Of a DNA stretch of 64,000 nt, positions 59,390 through 64,000 are shown piece by piece. The notes below the pieces were generated by a model. That model had not been told where the DNA came from. It did no database searches and saw only the letters and a list, made by a program, of their open reading frames with translations. Origin of the DNA: Camelus dromedarius (lineage: Eukaryota). The stretch lies in assembly GCF_036321535.1 (NCBI RefSeq), contig NC_087447.1, positions 37,326,001 to 37,390,000 of the forward strand, in the 5' to 3' direction. Every line of letters starts with the position of its first letter. The stretch's first letter is position 1. Position numbers and translations under genes: made by a program.

Positions 59390-62300
59390 TTCACCATGAC
59401 AGAGAAACAAAAATCTAACAAATTTAAAATTTAAATTGAACAAACTTTAACAAATTTAAAATAGAAAGTATATACAAAATATATTCTCAGATCACAACAG
59501 AATTAAACTGGAAGTCAATATCAGAGAAATTGCTGGAAAATCCCTAAATATTTAGAAATTAAACAATATACTTCTGAAAAATATGTGGGTCAAAGAAATC
59601 TCAAGAGAAATTTTGAAATATTTTGAACTACAGCCGACCCTTGAACAACATCGGGGTTAATCCATATACAACTTAGAGCTGGCCCTCCTTATCCACAGAT
59701 CCTCTGCATCTGTGGATTCAACCAACCACAGACCATGTAGCACTATAGTATTCACTATTGAAAAATACCTGTGTATAAGTGAACTTGCGCAGTTCAAACC
59801 CATTTTGTTTTAAGGGTCAACAGTAAATGACAAGGAAAACACAACTTAACAAAATTTGTGTTACACAGTAAAAGCAGTGCTTAAAGTTCAATTTGTAGAA
59901 TTAAATCCATATATTAGAAAATAAGAAAGATCTAAAATTAATATTCTAAGGTTCCACTTTAGGAAACAAGAGAAAAAGAACAATTTAAGCTTAAAGCAAG
60001 TAGAAGAAAAGAAATAATAATAACTAGACAAGAGAGCAATAAAATTAAAACAGCCAAATGATGAAGAAAATCAACAAACCAAAACACTGAAAAGCCTCTA
60101 GCTATAATACTCATAAAAAGAGAAAAGACACAATGACTAATATCAGAATGAAAGTAAAATCATCATTTCTGATACCATGGACATTTAAGGGATAGTAAAG
60201 GAATACTATGAACAACCCTGTGCTCACAAATTTGATAACTTATATGAAGTAGACTAATTCCTTGGAAAACACAAACTAACAAACCTCACAAAAGGAGAAA
60301 ATGATCACCTGAATAAGCCTATATCCATTAAAGAAGTTTAGTGAATAAGTAATAAACTTCCAAAAGTGAACACACCAAACACAGATTGTTTCACTTGTGA
60401 ATTCTATCAACCATTTAAGGAAAAAAATGATACAAATTTTCCATAATTTCCCTGGGAAAGCAGAGCGGAGGAAATATTTTCTCATTCCATGAGATTAGCA
60501 TTATCGTAATACTAAAACCAAAGAGATTATAAGAAAGAAAACTACAAACCAATTTTTCTCATAAACATTGATGTAAAACTCTTCAACAAAACATTAACAA
60601 ATCAAATCCAACGTTGTATAAAAATATGTATATACCATGACCAAGAGGGATTTATTTCAGGTGCAAGCCTGACGCATCATTCAAAAATCAATCAGCATAA
60701 TACACCACATCAACAGGCTAAAGACGAAAATCATCTGATCATATCAATCGATGCCAAAAACTAATTTGACAAATTCTAATCCCCATTCATGATGAAAAAC
60801 AAAGCAAAACCTCTCAGCAAACTAAGATTAGAGGGGAGCTTCCTCAACTTGATAAGGAACATCAGGTGACATAAAGTGACAGAACCTTACAGATGACATC
60901 ATACTTAATGATGAGCATCTGGGTGCTTTTCCCCTAAGGTCAAGAACAAGGCAAGAATGTCCCCTCTTACCACACCTGTTCAGCATTGTACTAGATGTCC
61001 TCGCTAGTGCTACTTAGAATGAGGAGGAGGAAATAAAACTCTTTGTTTGCACGGCATGATTGTACATGTAGAAAATCCCCCCAAAATTGACTCAAAAACT
61101 TCTTGTAATTGATAAACAAGTACTGGAAATTTGAAAGACTCACAAAAAATGTACAGTTGAGTGTTAAAATTCAACAATAAGAAAATAAACAGCCCAATTA
61201 TAAAGTGGGTAAAAGGTCTGAACAAAAACCTCACAAAAGAAGATATACATATGGCAAACAACTATATGAAAAGATGCTCAACATCATTTGTCATTAGGGA
61301 ATTGCAAATTAAAACAAGATACTATTATAATTCTATTTGAATAGGTAAATCCTCGAATGCTGACAATTGCAATTGCTGTCTAGGATGATAAGCAACAGGA
61401 ACTCCCATTCATTGCTGATGGGAATGAAAACTGTTACAGCCTATTTGGAAGACAGTTTGGCAGTTCCTTACAAAGCTAAACGGAGTCTTAGAATACTAAT
61501 AATCACATTCCTCGGTATTTCACCTAACTGGTCTGAAAACATATCCACACAAAAATCTACATACAAATGTTTATAGTAGCTTTAATCATAATTGCCCAAA
61601 ACTAGAAGTAACCAAGATGTCCTTCAATCAGTGAATAGATAAATAAACTGTGGTACATCCACATGATGGAATATGATTCAGCAGTAAGAGAAAATGAGCT
61701 ATCAGATCATGAAAAAACATGAATGAATTCTGAATGTACATTGCTAAGCAAAAGAAGGTAGTCTGAAAAAGGCTATGTATTATATTACTCCAGGTATATG
61801 ACATTCTGGAAAAGAAAAACTAGAGCAAAACTAGAGTCAAAAGATCAGTGTTTGCCAGGGAGATGGGTGAAGGAGTAGGATTGAATAAGAGAACTGCAGG
61901 AGATATTTTAGGGCAGTGAAACTATTCTGTATGGTACTGTGATTGTGCATTTCAGAAAGTATCCACTTACCAAAATCCACAGAACTTTATAGCACAAAAA
62001 GTTAATCTTAATGTATGCAAATTAAAAATAAAACCATTTAGGAGGTCAAGGAATCCCAGAAGAAATGCAGAATGCCACAAAACAATTTGTTTTACAAATG
62101 TATGAAACAACTTCAATAAAGGGGTTCAGAAGAAAAGGTCTGACCTATGTAACTTTGGAGATGAGTAGAGTCTGTAAGACTAAAGGCAAAAGAAACTAGA
62201 TATAACATGGAGCTCTAGTTGATAAAATTCTTTCCCACAGTGTATGGGTTAGCAATTCTGATACTGTTATGCATATACAGTGGATGTCAACAATTAAGTA

Positions 62301-63612
62301 ATGGATGGCACAAGGTGGGACCCAAGTTTCTCAGTGTTGTAGTTTACAGATAAGCAAGGGAAGGAGGCTAGAATGGTTCATGTGGTAATGAATTAGACTT
62401 GGAGACATCAGGATGAATGTACATTTGACTAAATAGATGGCCTCATATAGAAATGTTGTAGATAAGTGTATATACATTATGCACACATATATTTTGTTGC
62501 TCTGTCAGCTGAGAGAACTAGAAGCAATGACATCCCCATAGCAACAAGCACACCTACTACCCAAATCTTCGTTTCTAACACCATTAGTCACAAAAGGAAC
62601 CACTTTTGGCTTTTTTGGAGAAATGACTGATTCTAAGACTGAGACAGAAAATACACAAGATAAGCTGGGAGCATCTTGCAGTGCCAGAAAGTAAGGAAAT
62701 GCTAAAACAAAAGCAAACCAAAAACCGCACAATGATGTGGGTGTGTCAAAGGGACACAGGGTTCAACTGGAAGAGCTCCCAATAGCCAAAGCTGGAACAA
62801 TTAGAGCAACAAAATAAGTTCAATTCTAACCCAAAGTATAAAATAATTATCTACAAGTCCATACTGATATAAAAATGGTTGAATAAATAAATAATGAAGA
62901 ATAGACAAATCTATCTTGCAGAAGAATTTTAAATAATTTAAGCAGATGTTTCATCCTGAAGGAGATGCAGCATAGCTCCTCATTCCTCAAGCATGGGCCG
63001 CACATAGAGACTTTCTTCCAAAGAGTACAGTGTTGATGGGAAACAGAGTGACTTTCAGTAGAGGAAGCCGACAGACATGACCTCAGCCAGTTAGCCACAG
63101 TTAACAATAGTGAATAGTCATGTTGATAGTGTATGTACCCTTGATATGAGGTAATGAAAATTGTACTTCACCTCTAGGATCTTCCTCCCTCAAACCCATA
63201 AACCCAGTCTAATCACAAGAAAACAATTGGATAAATCCCAGTAGAGGGACACTCTACAGAACATATGACAAGTATGCCTCAAAACTGTCAAGGTTATCAA
63301 AACCAAGAAAAGTCCATGAGATGCTGTCACAGCCAAGAGGAGCCTAAGGAAACATGATGACTAAACGTTATGTGGTGTTCTGGATGGGATCCTGGAACAG
63401 AAAAAGGACATTAGGTAAAAACTAAGGAAATTTGTTAAATGACGTATGGACTTTAGTCAATAACAATGTATTAATATTGGTTCAGTAATAAATGTACCAT
63501 ACACATGTAAGGTGTTAATAATAGGGATACTGGGTATGGGGGTAAATGGGAACGCTCTGTACTATCTTAACAATTTTTCTGTAAATCTATAACTGGCCTT
63601 AAAAATAAACCT
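59390..63612 (+). mobile_element. 5'-truncated, inactive LINE-1 (L1MC3-like): disrupted ORF2 plus long 3'UTR
   Basis: Decayed ORF2 motifs KENYRPISL (~60535), IISIDAEKAFDKI (~60738), RQGCPLSPLLF (~60950), LFADDMIVY (~61042), NNPIKKWAKDLN (~61190); many stops and frameshifts; 3'UTR ends aaaaataaa. Confidence 0.9.
59631..59823 (-). mobile_element. Tigger2-family MITE nested in L1 ORF2
   Basis: TIRs cagccgacccttgaacaaca / tgttttaagggtcaacag; TA target duplication (59629-30, 59824-25). Confidence 0.9.
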
Positions 63613-63619
63613 TATCAAG

Positions 63620-64000
63620 ATAAATAGAGTAGATAAATCACTGCAGTAGAAATTGAGACTCTTGTAGCCAGTAGTTTCTCATGTGGGGTCTATTAAACTT
63701 TAAAAACCCAAATCTTTCTGTAAAAAACATTATATTTCCATACTGAAGATATATTATTGCAAATATATTACTTTTCTCCAGAGCACTGAAAAATATATAA
63801 AAACTTGCCATTCATTTTATGAAGTTAGTGACAAAACTTAGAGACAAAAAATTGATAAAAATAGTACATGCACCACAAATCTATAACCACACTCTTACAA
63901 AACAACTGTATTTGTGAATATAGATTAAAAAATCTTATAAATATACACAAAATGAATATATTGGCATTTAAAAATAATAAACCATGGTTATTCAATATAT
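63620..64000 (+). mobile_element. Older L1 ORF2 remnant (runs off window end)
   Basis: gtagaaattgag...ccattcattttatgaag...tgtgaatatagattaaaaaatctt resembles NSFYE / MNIDAKIL regions. Confidence 0.6.

Noticed and set aside
59390..63612. Active L1 or intact ORF2 CDS
   Set aside because: 5'-truncated, full of stops and frameshifts, internally deleted and interrupted by a MITE.
1..64000. Host-gene orientation from L1/LTR strand bias, and gene identity
   Set aside because: Elements occur on both strands, counts are small and no known exon was recognised, so no gene is named.

Overview
Eutherian (mammalian) non-coding DNA, intergenic or deep intronic. It is CpG-depleted, and I found no convincing protein-coding gene, RNA gene, CpG island or prokaryotic-type system. 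The six-frame ORFs look like chance or repeat-derived frames. Bases 1-57 kb are a moderate-GC mosaic of old repeats (many MIR and L2, MaLR/ERVL LTRs, hAT and Tigger MITEs, a CR1/L3 scrap) with microsatellites and several repeat-free, motif-dense blocks that look like enhancers. Bases 57.7-64 kb are an A-rich LINE-1 cluster: HAL1-like pieces plus an L1MC3-like ORF2/3'UTR with nested insertions. Young L1 3' ends of cetartiodactyl type, with no Alu/B1/Bov-tA/PRE1/SINEC seen, suggest a camelid (inference). The most notable items are: (1) a decayed gag / Zn-knuckle / protease-ordered retroelement fossil on the minus strand at about 8.05-10.3 kb; (2) a solo ERV1-type LTR with six tandem ~23-bp units, five carrying an intact inverted CCAAT box; (3) an ~80-bp L1 insertion with all TPRT hallmarks; (4) a palindromic cluster of 8 E-boxes; (5) two minus-strand splice-site configurations. 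Repeat family names come from my recollection of consensus sequences, not from a search. Boundaries are approximate unless TSDs/TIRs are quoted.
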